From IMG/VR virus record IMGVR_UViG_3300043178_000087: 64,000 bases of DNA. The stretch is one strand, 5' to 3'. The notes under the pieces were generated by a model. It saw nothing but the letters and a program-made list of their open reading frames with translations. It ran no database searches and was not told the DNA's origin. Positions 10,201-19,657 of the stretch are shown here, piece by piece (position 1 is the stretch's first letter; each line of letters begins with the position of its first letter). Position numbers and translations under genes: made by a program. This DNA comes from a virus.

Positions 10201-10536
10201 ATGGCGAACAAGGACGCGGTGGCGGAGAAGTCTGCGATGCTGACCAACATCCCGGGTGGGAAGGAGGCAGCCGCCGAGACCAAGGAAGCCCCGAGGGTCT
10301 TGAGCGAGCTGGAATCCGCCAAGGTTGAGATCATCAACCTCAACCAGCAGATCACGAAGCTTCGGCAGGAAAATCTCAGCCTCCAAAAGCGGGTAATCGC
10401 CGTTCAAGAGGAGAGCCTGAAGCTTCAGGAGGCGGCCCACGCCAAGGACGCCGACAAGCTTCTTGCGGATCTGGGTCTCAGCGGCAGCGTGAATCTGCTG
10501 AAGACCGACGACGGCCGTTACGTGATCAAGAAGTAG
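10201..10536 (+). CDS. Coiled-coil protein, possible fibre assembly factor
   Basis: Heptad-rich small ORF between two fibre-like genes. Confidence 0.5.
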   Translation: MANKDAVAEKSAMLTNIPGGKEAAAETKEAPRVLSELESAKVEIINLNQQITKLRQENLSLQKRVIAVQEESLKLQEAAHAKDADKLLADLGLSGSVNLLKTDDGRYVIKK

Positions 10537-10556
10537 GGGCAGACAGGAGCTGAGTC

Positions 10557-12719
10557 GTGGCGGATCTGAGCGCTGTTTCGTTCGTCTCCGGCGTTCTTCA
10601 GGGAATCAGCCAGACGATTCCGGACAACATACTGGCTGGTGGCCTCAAGAGAGCGTCCGGTGACGTCACCATCGATGCCGGGGGTGCCAGCAGCATCCTC
10701 TTGCGCACGAACAGCGTCACGTCGGTCACGATCAACTCCGGCGGCAAGCTGACCACCTCGTCGACCGCCACGACTCCGGCCATCCTGATTGGCAGCTTCG
10801 CCGGAGACCCTTCTAGCCTCGCCAACGGAGACGTCTGGTACAACAGTACCACCGGGAAGTTCCGTGCCCGTGAAAACGGTTCCTCGGTGGACATGATCTC
10901 GACCGGAACGGCGTCGGGATGGACCGATGACGGAACGGTGGTCCGCCTTACCACGGCCACGGACGACGTATCCATCGGGTCGGCCACGAGCATTGGCAAG
11001 CTTGGCGTCTTTGGCGACACGACCGGCGAGAAGACGTTGGCAATCCGGCAGGCGGCCTCCCAGACGGCTGCCGCGCTGGCCGTCCAGAACAGCGCCGGTA
11101 CCGACCTCATGACCCTGACGGGTCTCACTACGCTCACGTACGAGCATGGGACGGCTATCAGCAGTGTCACCTTCCGTACCGCTGATGAATCTGCTGGGGG
11201 CGGTGCCGCCGGTTCGGTGGCTGTTACGGGAGGCACGGGCGGCGCAGGCTCCTCCGGGGTAAACGGCGGAGCCGGTGGATCCGTATCGCTCAACTCCGGT
11301 ACTGGCGGCGATTCGGCTGACGTTTCAACCGGCGGTGCGGCGGCGGTCGGCGGTACTGTTACCATCCAGTCTGGTAACGGAGGCGCTGGTAATTCCGGCA
11401 GTTTCCCTCACGACGCAGCGCAGGGCGGCGCTGTCCAGATCTCGGGAGGCACCGGCGGCTCCGGTGCTTCAGGATCTAATGCCGGTGCCGGGGGTAGCAT
11501 CACCCTGACCGGCGGCTCGGGTGGCGACCCTTCTTCCGGATCTACACCTGGTACTGGAGGTTCCGTCACCATTCTTAGTGGTTACGGTGCAACCGGTAGC
11601 GCGACCTCGTACGGCGGTGCCAGCGGGGATATCACCATTCAGGTGAGTCAGGGCGGCTACATTAACGGTGGTAGTTCGCCGGGAGCCCCCGGTACTCTTA
11701 CTATCCAAGGCGGTCAGGGCGGTTCCGGTGATGGTAGCGTGGCTGGAGCAGGTGGCGGAAGTGTGCTTGTCAGAGGCGGCGCGGGCGGCCCTGACGGCGG
11801 GGCTGGAGGTGGTGCCGGTGGGGATGTAGTCATCAATGCCGGTAATGCCGCCGGTTCCGCAACGGACGGCATCGTCTACATTGGGCAGTCCGACACGTCC
11901 GCAATCTACATCGCCACAGCAGGGATTACCACCACGATTTCCGGCAAAACCAGCACCACGGCTACCGGAACGCTCGCCGCTATCCAGATTGGATCCAATG
12001 CCGGTGACCCGTCGTCGTTAAGCAACGGCGACATCTGGTACAACTCGTCCACGGGCAAATTCCGCGCCCGAGAGAATGGTTCGTCCGTGGATCTGATCTC
12101 TACCGGAGGAGCTTCTGGCTGGACTGATGACGGTGGCACGGTTCGCCTGACCACAGCCTCCGACGAAGTGGCTATCGGTACGGCCACGGCGTTCGGCAAG
12201 CTCGGTGTCTTGAACGACGCCGCCGGACAGGTGGTGATCGCTGCCCGATGCGCGTCTGGCCAGTCCTCGAATCCGTTCGAGGTTCAGACCAACGGAGGTT
12301 CGGCCTACTTCACCGTGGACATCACCGGGCGCGTCAAATGCGCTCCTGGACCCAGTGGTTCCGGCGGCGCTGTGCTCATTGATGCCGGAGCTGGCAATCC
12401 CAGCGTCATTTGGGACAAGGACAACACCCTCACGAATACCATCTCGTTCACGCAGACGGTTGCTTCGGGTAACTCCGAGCTGACCGTGACGGCCGGTACG
12501 TATATCATCCCGGCCACCAACAATACCGGTCAGATCGGCAAGTCTGGGCAGAAGTGGGCAACCGGGTACTTTGGTGTCATGGTTACCGGTGACCTCGTCA
12601 TGGAGGATGAGTCTCGCGACGCCTCGTGGCGTTTTGTGGAACATCACGAGCACATCGAGGTGGTCAACCAGAAGACTGGTAAGAAGTACAAGCTTGCCTT
12701 GCAGGAGCTGCCCGAATGA
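10557..12719 (+). CDS. Gly-rich tail fibre-like protein
   Basis: Gly-rich GGxGG repeats, internally duplicated modules, and a C-terminal TGDL..W..E..VNQKTGKKYKL motif that I recognise from phage fibres. Confidence 0.7.
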   Translation: MADLSAVSFVSGVLQGISQTIPDNILAGGLKRASGDVTIDAGGASSILLRTNSVTSVTINSGGKLTTSSTATTPAILIGSFAGDPSSLANGDVWYNSTTGKFRARENGSSVDMISTGTASGWTDDGTVVRLTTATDDVSIGSATSIGKLGVFGDTTGEKTLAIRQAASQTAAALAVQNSAGTDLMTLTGLTTLTYEHGTAISSVTFRTADESAGGGAAGSVAVTGGTGGAGSSGVNGGAGGSVSLNSGTGGDSADVSTGGAAAVGGTVTIQSGNGGAGNSGSFPHDAAQGGAVQISGGTGGSGASGSNAGAGGSITLTGGSGGDPSSGSTPGTGGSVTILSGYGATGSATSYGGASGDITIQVSQGGYINGGSSPGAPGTLTIQGGQGGSGDGSVAGAGGGSVLVRGGAGGPDGGAGGGAGGDVVINAGNAAGSATDGIVYIGQSDTSAIYIATAGITTTISGKTSTTATGTLAAIQIGSNAGDPSSLSNGDIWYNSSTGKFRARENGSSVDLISTGGASGWTDDGGTVRLTTASDEVAIGTATAFGKLGVLNDAAGQVVIAARCASGQSSNPFEVQTNGGSAYFTVDITGRVKCAPGPSGSGGAVLIDAGAGNPSVIWDKDNTLTNTISFTQTVASGNSELTVTAGTYIIPATNNTGQIGKSGQKWATGYFGVMVTGDLVMEDESRDASWRFVEHHEHIEVVNQKTGKKYKLALQELPE

Positions 12720-13435
12720 AGGTCCTGATCGGGATCCCCACCCGTGGGATGGTCTCGATGGACTGGGCTCTTTCCCTCGCCGCTCTTCAGGCCCCGGCCG
12801 GGGTTCAGATTCACCGGCGTGAGATCCAAGGCGCTCCAATCGATCACATGCGTAACACGCTGGTGGAGACAGCTCTGCGTGAGGGTTTCGACTACGTCTT
12901 TTTCAATGATGACGATACCTGCGTGCCGGAGCGCGGGCTCATCCAGCTCATGTCCCGAAATCTGGACGTGGTTTCCGGCCTGTACTACACTCGTCACCAG
13001 CCCATCGAACCCTTGATGTACAGGGAGACCGATAAGGGCCGCTGGCGGATCACCGACTACTCGATTGGGCAGCTGTTGGAAGTTGATCATGTGGGCGCTG
13101 GGTGTCTGCTGATCAAACGGGAGGTCCTGGAGAAGGTGGGGTATCCCTGGTTCCGGTGGACTGCGCACGATGTTTCCTTGCCGAACCGCGACAGGTTCAG
13201 CGAGGACTTGTTCTTCTGCCGGAGGGTCAGGGAAGCGGGGCTCAAGGTCCACATGGACACGTCCGTGCGCTGTGTACACGTGGGCCTCGGGAAGGCGGAG
13301 ATCAACGGGTCGTTTGTTCCGATCACGGCGCTGACGGATGGGGTGGCTTTTGGAGCCGGGCCCATCACCAAGCGCCAGATGGAGACGGCGTTCGGGCGGG
13401 TCGAAATCGACCCCATGGCCGCCGACAAAAAGTGA
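12716..13435 (+). CDS. GT-A/GT2-like glycosyltransferase, paralog 1
   Basis: IGIPTRG..FFNDDD..VVSGLYY..GAGCLLI..SEDLFFC..HVG. Confidence 0.8.
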   Translation: MKVLIGIPTRGMVSMDWALSLAALQAPAGVQIHRREIQGAPIDHMRNTLVETALREGFDYVFFNDDDTCVPERGLIQLMSRNLDVVSGLYYTRHQPIEPLMYRETDKGRWRITDYSIGQLLEVDHVGAGCLLIKREVLEKVGYPWFRWTAHDVSLPNRDRFSEDLFFCRRVREAGLKVHMDTSVRCVHVGLGKAEINGSFVPITALTDGVAFGAGPITKRQMETAFGRVEIDPMAADKK

Positions 13436-14124
13436 AATCGGTCCTTCTGGCCGTTCCGACCCGGGGAATGGTCTCCATGGAATGGGCCATGTCCCTTCGG
13501 CATCTGATCATCCCGCCGGAAATCGGTCTTGAGGTGCGCGGACTGGCTGGCGACCCCATCGACGACATGCGGAACAAGTTCGTGGATACGGCTCTTAAAG
13601 CCGGTCACGATTACCTGTTCTTCAACGACGATGACACACTCCTTCCGCCCAAGGCGCTGGAGCGGCTTCTGGAGCGCAATCTGGACATCGTTTCAGGTCT
13701 TTACTACCGCCGGGTTCCTCCGCTTGACCCGGTGGCCTTCGTTGATGATCCGACCGTCGGAGGGACGGGTATCGCCCCCATCAAGAGCCACGGCACCGGA
13801 CTCATGCCGGTCGACTACGTGGGGGCTGGATGCCTGCTCATCTCCCGTAAGGTCCTTGAGGCCATACAGTACCCATGGTTCAAGTGGTCGAGGAACGACC
13901 AGCGGATCCCGCTTCCTGAGCGCATCAGCGAGGACCTGTACTTCTGCAAGAAGGCCCGAGAGGCGGGATTCCAGATCCATCTGGACGCCTCGGTCCGATG
14001 CCTGCATGTGGGCATGGGCATGAGCCAGATCGGTGGCACGTTTATCCCGTCCACCCAGAAGCATGACAAGGACGCTTTCGGGGTGGTGACCAACCCTGTG
14101 GATCAGACGGTTTCGACGGAGTAG
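13432..14124 (+). CDS. GT-A/GT2-like glycosyltransferase, paralog 2
   Basis: Same motif order as 12716; GTG start overlaps the upstream stop. Confidence 0.8.
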   Translation: MKSVLLAVPTRGMVSMEWAMSLRHLIIPPEIGLEVRGLAGDPIDDMRNKFVDTALKAGHDYLFFNDDDTLLPPKALERLLERNLDIVSGLYYRRVPPLDPVAFVDDPTVGGTGIAPIKSHGTGLMPVDYVGAGCLLISRKVLEAIQYPWFKWSRNDQRIPLPERISEDLYFCKKAREAGFQIHLDASVRCLHVGMGMSQIGGTFIPSTQKHDKDAFGVVTNPVDQTVSTE

Positions 14125-14127
14125 CAG

Positions 14128-14364
14128 ATGAAGATCGCGGTTTGGATTACTGATGTCGGGTGTGACGAGGCACAGGACGACGAAGCATGCGTCTGTGCCC
14201 AGTACTTCTGCGGCGACCGCTCGTTTTCGTCGTCTGTCCTGACCCACGTTGATTTGAACCTTACCGAAGACCAGATCAAGGATGCGATTCGCACTTCGGT
14301 GTCCAACGACGTCAATACAAAGCGCGGGCTGTCGACTACGGCAGCGGATGTCCGCCTTATCTAG
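14128..14364 (+). CDS. Hypothetical protein
   Basis: Tightly packed small ORF. Confidence 0.5.
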   Translation: MKIAVWITDVGCDEAQDDEACVCAQYFCGDRSFSSSVLTHVDLNLTEDQIKDAIRTSVSNDVNTKRGLSTTAADVRLI

Positions 14365-14372
14365 GAGGCTTT

Positions 14373-14612
14373 ATGGCCAAGCAGCTGGATTACGTCGGTG
14401 TATACCTTCACATGCAGCGGAACGAGGACGGTACATACACGAAGACCCTTCAGCGGGTGGAGTCCGTCGTATCCAACCCCGCCGCCACCACGATTCCGGA
14501 TAATGTCCCCACCTCGTTCAACGTCTTTCCTGCCTACGACGGGACGGCGACGGTCTCCGCCTATCTGGATACGTGTCCGCAGGCGGCCAAGGACGCGGCT
14601 GGCGTTTCTTAA
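14373..14612 (+). CDS. Hypothetical protein
   Basis: GGAGG RBS; tightly packed. Confidence 0.6.
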   Translation: MAKQLDYVGVYLHMQRNEDGTYTKTLQRVESVVSNPAATTIPDNVPTSFNVFPAYDGTATVSAYLDTCPQAAKDAAGVS

Positions 14613-14615
14613 TCC

Positions 14616-15293
14616 GTGAGCGTACTGGTAGCCACGCCGTCTCGGGGGATGACCACCACGCAGTGGGCCATGATGCTGCGTCGGCTCAAGCTTCCTGATG
14701 ATTCGGCCTGCCATACGCTCACTGGTTATCGTGTAGACCTGCAGCGCAATGAGTGCGTCAAGATGGTCCTCCAAAGTTCTCTGGAGTGGCTTTTCTTCAT
14801 CGATGACGACGTGATGGTTCCGCCGCAGGCGTTTGATCGGCTGGCTTCCCATGGTGTGGACATCGTGTCCGGACTCTACTACCACAAGTTCGAGCCAATC
14901 GAGCCGATGGTGTACGTGGATCGCGGGGATCGGATGGAGGTTCCTGCCGACTTTGCCGTCGGCAAGCTTATGGAGGCGGACTTGGTCGGGGCCGGATGCT
15001 TGCTGATTCATCGGCGCGTTCTTGAGGCGTTGACCGAGCCGTGGTTCGTCTGGACGGAAGGGGACGCTACGTTACCTGCCCGCGACAGGCTCAGCGACGA
15101 CTTCTTCTTCTGCCGCAAGGCCAAAGCAGCGGGATTTCGGGTGTTCATGGACACGGGAGTGCGCTGCTTGCATGTAGGCCTCGGAGCTTCCGAACTTGGT
15201 GGCCTGTTCATGCCTTTCAGTTCTCCCGTTCACGGAATAGGCTTCAGTTGTGGTAAGATCGAGCCTTGGTTGAAGAAGGCTGACGGAGAGTAG
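14616..15293 (+). CDS. GT-A/GT2-like glycosyltransferase, paralog 3
   Basis: VATPSRG..FFIDDD..IVSGLYY..GAGCLLI..SDDFFFC..HVG. Confidence 0.8.
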   Translation: MSVLVATPSRGMTTTQWAMMLRRLKLPDDSACHTLTGYRVDLQRNECVKMVLQSSLEWLFFIDDDVMVPPQAFDRLASHGVDIVSGLYYHKFEPIEPMVYVDRGDRMEVPADFAVGKLMEADLVGAGCLLIHRRVLEALTEPWFVWTEGDATLPARDRLSDDFFFCRKAKAAGFRVFMDTGVRCLHVGLGASELGGLFMPFSSPVHGIGFSCGKIEPWLKKADGE

Positions 15294-15297
15294 GGGT

Positions 15298-16218
15298 ATG
15301 GCCGACGAGCAGCACAAGCACGAATGGGTGCCCATCCGCGAAGGATACCCGCAGAAGATCTGCAAGTGCGGTGTCCTTCGTGCGCTTGGGTTCAAATCCG
15401 GCAACAACACCATCACCATCAACCCGTCTCCAGCCACGCAGGAGGTCATCCGGTGGACCTCGTTCCACAGTCCGACGGTTGGCGATCTGGCTATGGCCAG
15501 CGTTGGTAGACCGTCGTTCGCCGTTGGTTCTGCTACGGCCAGCGACATTCAGTATGCGTGTGGATACGGGGAGTCTACTTCGGCGCTGTTCACTCGCTGG
15601 CAGGCCAATCCTGCGTTGACCACCATTTCGGGCGTGGGCACTGGCACCGCGTTTACGGCTGAGGGAACGGCGGCCACGACGGCCACGGCTACTTACGGTC
15701 ACGGTATTCAGTACACCACGGCCGCCGCACTCAACTCGGACGGCGGATGGTTGGCCGGTGCGTTTACGGATGCCCGCGGTGAGGCGCAGTTCAACGCCGT
15801 TTTTGTCGTACGCACCGGTGCTACCATTACCAACGTCAGGTACTGGATTGGATTGTTCAGCGGCGATCCCATGGGATCGGCCACTCCTGCCGTGTCGCTG
15901 GCTGCGTGGCGTTACGATACGGCCACCGACGGCACGGTCTTCTGGCGCTGCTGCACTGGTACGGGCGGTGCTCCGCAGGTGACCACGACCACGCTGCCTG
16001 TTTCCGCTAGCACCAATTACGTTTTCCGTATCTCCTCTAACGGATCCGGGACTTACAAGTTTTTCAATGGTGCGACCGGGTACGCGTCGCATTCCACGAC
16101 TGTGCCTGCTGGCACTACCAACATGGGCCCCGTGTCCGAAGTCCGCACTTTGGATGCGGTCGCTAAGGTCATCGTCAATTACCGCATCATCCTTGGTCAG
16201 ACCAGCGTCGCCTCCTAA
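15298..16218 (+). CDS. Thr/Ala-rich putative virion protein (lectin-like beta domain)
   Basis: Thr/Ala/Gly-rich beta-type sequence with a short N-terminal Cys/His motif. Confidence 0.5.
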   Translation: MADEQHKHEWVPIREGYPQKICKCGVLRALGFKSGNNTITINPSPATQEVIRWTSFHSPTVGDLAMASVGRPSFAVGSATASDIQYACGYGESTSALFTRWQANPALTTISGVGTGTAFTAEGTAATTATATYGHGIQYTTAAALNSDGGWLAGAFTDARGEAQFNAVFVVRTGATITNVRYWIGLFSGDPMGSATPAVSLAAWRYDTATDGTVFWRCCTGTGGAPQVTTTTLPVSASTNYVFRISSNGSGTYKFFNGATGYASHSTTVPAGTTNMGPVSEVRTLDAVAKVIVNYRIILGQTSVAS

Positions 16219-16931
16219 TGCTTAGCGTCCTGATGTCTTGCTTCAACAAGGAGCAGTACGTCGGAACGGCGATTGAATCGGTCCTCGGCCAGACGGACGG
16301 GGATCTGGAGTTGATCGTGGTCGACGACTGTTCTACGGACAACTCTCGCTCCGTGGTCCGGCGCTTCATGGGAGACCGGCGTGTGCGCCTCGTGGAGCAC
16401 TCCAAGAACATGGGGATGGGCGCGGCCACGCGTTCTGCGGCGGATTCTGCAAAGGGAGACCTATTCGGACTTCTGGATGCAGACGACGTTCTGGACTCCA
16501 CGGCCGTGGCCACGATGAAGGCGGCTCACAAGAAGCATCGAGATGCCGGACTCATCTACAGCTCTTATTGGCGGTGCGACGCAGAGCTGAAACCGGGTCC
16601 GGACATGTGGCCGTCTGCCCGAATCCCGGACGGCATGACGTTGCTCGAATACTTGGACGAGGGCGGTCACATGGTCGTGGGGCCGTTCCGTACGTTCACC
16701 CGCGAGGCTTACCTGAAGACCGGCGGGTTTGGAACGTGGCGCAATTCGCAGGATCTGGACATTGCTCTGAAGATCGAGGAGGTGGCTCCTCTCAGGTTCA
16801 TCGATGAGCGGCTGTACTACTACCGGATCCTGCCGGTCAGCATGGCCGCCAGTCGGGGTGGCCCCAACCTGATGCTCCAGATCCAAGAGGAAGCCTACGC
16901 CAGGCGTGGTCTTCAGGTGCCGTGGAAATAA
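16218..16931 (+). CDS. GT2 glycosyltransferase
   Basis: LSVLMSCFNKE..VVDDCSTD..LLDADD..QDLDI. Confidence 0.9.
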   Translation: MLSVLMSCFNKEQYVGTAIESVLGQTDGDLELIVVDDCSTDNSRSVVRRFMGDRRVRLVEHSKNMGMGAATRSAADSAKGDLFGLLDADDVLDSTAVATMKAAHKKHRDAGLIYSSYWRCDAELKPGPDMWPSARIPDGMTLLEYLDEGGHMVVGPFRTFTREAYLKTGGFGTWRNSQDLDIALKIEEVAPLRFIDERLYYYRILPVSMAASRGGPNLMLQIQEEAYARRGLQVPWK

Positions 16932-17707
16932 GCTGTCTTACGGTGACCCGTGGCGATCTGGGCAGGTTGGCCCGGTGCCTCCGCGCCTACGTCAAACAGG
17001 TATGGCAAGACAAGCAGTGGGTTATCGTCACGGACAAGTCCAACGGGCATGTCTTCCAATGGGTTCAGTCCCTCGGTCGGAAGGACATCATCGCAATCCC
17101 GGAAGAAGACGGCTCTGGCAGGTGGAAACTTAGGAACACGGCCATGGACCACGCCACAGGAGACCTCGTAGCCCAGTGGGATGACGACGACCTCTACCAT
17201 CCCGAATTGCTTTGGACGCAGGCCAAGTTCCTTGAGATGACCGAATTGGACGCCTGTTACCTCCAAACTCACATGCACTACTTCGAGTCGTCGGGACAGA
17301 TGTGGGTGCTCGACTGGGGCGGGATTCCTGATCTCGGGCATCCCGGTACCGGTATGTGGCGTAGGACCGCGGAAGCACGATATCGTCCGGGAACGGACAC
17401 GGATCACGAGCACTTTCCAGAAGACTCCTTTTTCCAGCAAGACCTGCAGCAGTCGGGGAGGGTGGGCTACATCGAGGACATGCCATACTTGTACGGGTAC
17501 ACCTATCACGGCGATAATACGACCGGGGGCGTCCACCATCGTAAGTTGGTGCAAACCTTGGCGATGACGAGCGCCAAGATCGAGGGAATGCTTCCGGGCC
17601 TGAAGGACAGGTTGGCTGGCCTTGAGATCGGCACGGCCACGCTGATGGGATCCGATCAGAGGGTGTGCGATCTGTGGGGTACGGGGAGCAGGCCGAAGAC
17701 GACCTGA
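16922..17707 (+). CDS. GT2 glycosyltransferase (paralog of 19654)
   Basis: ISCLTVTR..VIVTD..RN.A..GDLVAQWDDDDLYHP. Confidence 0.85.
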   Translation: MEISCLTVTRGDLGRLARCLRAYVKQVWQDKQWVIVTDKSNGHVFQWVQSLGRKDIIAIPEEDGSGRWKLRNTAMDHATGDLVAQWDDDDLYHPELLWTQAKFLEMTELDACYLQTHMHYFESSGQMWVLDWGGIPDLGHPGTGMWRRTAEARYRPGTDTDHEHFPEDSFFQQDLQQSGRVGYIEDMPYLYGYTYHGDNTTGGVHHRKLVQTLAMTSAKIEGMLPGLKDRLAGLEIGTATLMGSDQRVCDLWGTGSRPKTT

Positions 17708-18285
17708 TTCTGAAGTTTTTCGAGCCCGGCTTCACCGGCCGATTTCTGGACATCGGCTGCGCCGACGGTGTGGAGTTTTCCAACACCTACGCCATGGCGC
17801 TGGCCGGGTGGAGCGGGGTGGCCGTAGACGCCTCGTGGAAGGCCGCCAAAGGCTGGTTGGAGCATTACCGCAGTCTTCCCAATGTTCACTTCGTCAACGC
17901 TGCCATGGCGGAGTCTGCAGGCCTGCTCCCGTTCTGGGATTGCGACACCCAGATGATGTCCACGTGCGACGAGAAGCTGGTCCAACGTCAGCCTTTGCGC
18001 CAGCAGTCTCGGAGGATCTGGGTGGCGGCTATCGACGTCCCGACCCTCATGAAGGTGTTCGGGGAACAGTACAACTTCGTTTCCGTGGACCTTGAGGGGT
18101 ACACCCTGCAGGTACTCCGCCAGCTCCCGTTCGACAAGATGAAGGCTAAGGTGATCTGCGCCGAGTACCTGACTCCCGACTACTTCGGGGTGGACGAACG
18201 GCCCATTGTGATGGAGATCCTTGGGCACTACGGGTACCGGCATGTGGCCACGACCAAGCACAACGTGATCGCGGTGCGCGATTGA
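17665..18285 (+). CDS. FkbM-family methyltransferase
   Basis: EDDLI..FLDIGCADGVEFSNT..VSVDLEG..VICAEY. Confidence 0.85.
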   Translation: MRSVGYGEQAEDDLILKFFEPGFTGRFLDIGCADGVEFSNTYAMALAGWSGVAVDASWKAAKGWLEHYRSLPNVHFVNAAMAESAGLLPFWDCDTQMMSTCDEKLVQRQPLRQQSRRIWVAAIDVPTLMKVFGEQYNFVSVDLEGYTLQVLRQLPFDKMKAKVICAEYLTPDYFGVDERPIVMEILGHYGYRHVATTKHNVIAVRD

Positions 18286-18911
18286 TCAAGATCCCCAAGG
18301 TCTTCCACCGGATCTGGCTTGGCGGAAAGCCCATGCCGAAGGAGTTCTGCGACTGGGGAGAGAGCTGGCTGGATCTCCATCCGGGCTGGTCGATGCGCCT
18401 TTGGACCGAGAGGGACCTCTACACCAGCCATCCGCAGCTCCTGCCCAAATGCGCCCACGTGTCCATGCAGACCGACGTGTACCGGTTCGAGATAGGATTT
18501 CGTGAGGGCGGCATCTACCTCGACACCGACTTCGAGTGCCTGAAGAACATCGAGCCTTTGATCGATGGACTGGACTGCTTCTCCGCCTACCAAGAAGACG
18601 AAGTGGGTCATCCACATGCAGTAGCGTGTGGGTTTTTCGGAACGGTTCCCGGACATCCCATCTTCAAGGATCTGGTGGACGGGCTGCCCAACGCTGACAT
18701 CGACGATCCGTACGGTCTTGGACCCCCGTACTTTACGAAGATGGTCCTCAACCGGCCGGAGATGAAGCTGTTCGACCGTAGCCTGTTCTACCCGTATAGT
18801 TGGCGGGAACCGTACAGGCGCGGGGAATCCTTTCCTAGGGCCTTTGCCGTCCACCACTGGGCCGGGAAGTGGTTCCATGACTCGTTCAAGCCTTTGGAGG
18901 CGTGGACTTGA
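18282..18911 (+). CDS. GT32 (DXD, OCH1-like) glycosyltransferase
   Basis: IPKVFHRIWLG..DVYR..GGIYLDTDFECLK..GP.YFT..HHWAGKW. Confidence 0.9.
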   Translation: MIKIPKVFHRIWLGGKPMPKEFCDWGESWLDLHPGWSMRLWTERDLYTSHPQLLPKCAHVSMQTDVYRFEIGFREGGIYLDTDFECLKNIEPLIDGLDCFSAYQEDEVGHPHAVACGFFGTVPGHPIFKDLVDGLPNADIDDPYGLGPPYFTKMVLNRPEMKLFDRSLFYPYSWREPYRRGESFPRAFAVHHWAGKWFHDSFKPLEAWT

Positions 18912-19657
18912 TCACGTTCATCGTGCCAGTCAGACGGCCGCATGCGGTCTTCTTCCAGAGAGCGATTGCGTCGCTGATGGCCCAGACGGATCCGAATTGG
19001 CGGGCCATCGTGGTGACGGAGAGCGATGACCCCAGCATGCAGGAATGGGTTCCTCCCGACCGGCGTATCCGGGTGTCCACCAACGATGGGAAGCTGCTGT
19101 CTGGAGCCGTGAACACCGGAATAAAGAAGGCGCACACGCCGTTCGTTGCGGAGCTTCTGGGCGACGATGTTCTCGATAAGCATGCCGCGGCTGTCCTAAT
19201 GAAGCACGTCTCTGCCATGCCGAGCGTTGACTTCTTCCACTCGTCCATGCAGTACATTGATGCTTACGACAACGAGACCATGGACGTGCGGGAATCCAGA
19301 CCCGTCACCAAGGCCGAGGACTTCATGACCCATGCCGTCACCCACCTCATGTGTTTCAGGGCATCTAAGGCGCTTGCGGTGGGCGGCGTAGACCAAAACC
19401 TTGGGCTTCACGGAGCCGACGACTACGATTTCCCGTGGGTGATGTGGGAACGCGGAGCGATCTTCCGGCACATCCCGGATCCCCTGTATCGGTACCGTGT
19501 TCACAACGTTCACGAGCGGCTGACGACCCATGTTCCGCGTGCCGTGCAGGAGGAGGAGCTGAAGAAGATCTGGGCCAAGCACAGGATTCCCTCGGATAGG
19601 TTCGAGGCGGAGCTGGCCTCTCGGGTCAACGGGTACTTGGATCAGGCCCTTTCGTGA
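18902..19657 (+). CDS. GT2 glycosyltransferase
   Basis: ITFIVPV..AIASLMAQT..LLGDDVLD..ADDYDF..LYRYRVH. Confidence 0.8.
   Translation: MDLITFIVPVRRPHAVFFQRAIASLMAQTDPNWRAIVVTESDDPSMQEWVPPDRRIRVSTNDGKLLSGAVNTGIKKAHTPFVAELLGDDVLDKHAAAVLMKHVSAMPSVDFFHSSMQYIDAYDNETMDVRESRPVTKAEDFMTHAVTHLMCFRASKALAVGGVDQNLGLHGADDYDFPWVMWERGAIFRHIPDPLYRYRVHNVHERLTTHVPRAVQEEELKKIWAKHRIPSDRFEAELASRVNGYLDQALS

Noticed and set aside
11150-11860. Gly-rich repeats as collagen or a hypervariable locus
   Set aside because: There is no strict GXY periodicity and no template repeat; this is an ordinary Gly-rich fibre segment.
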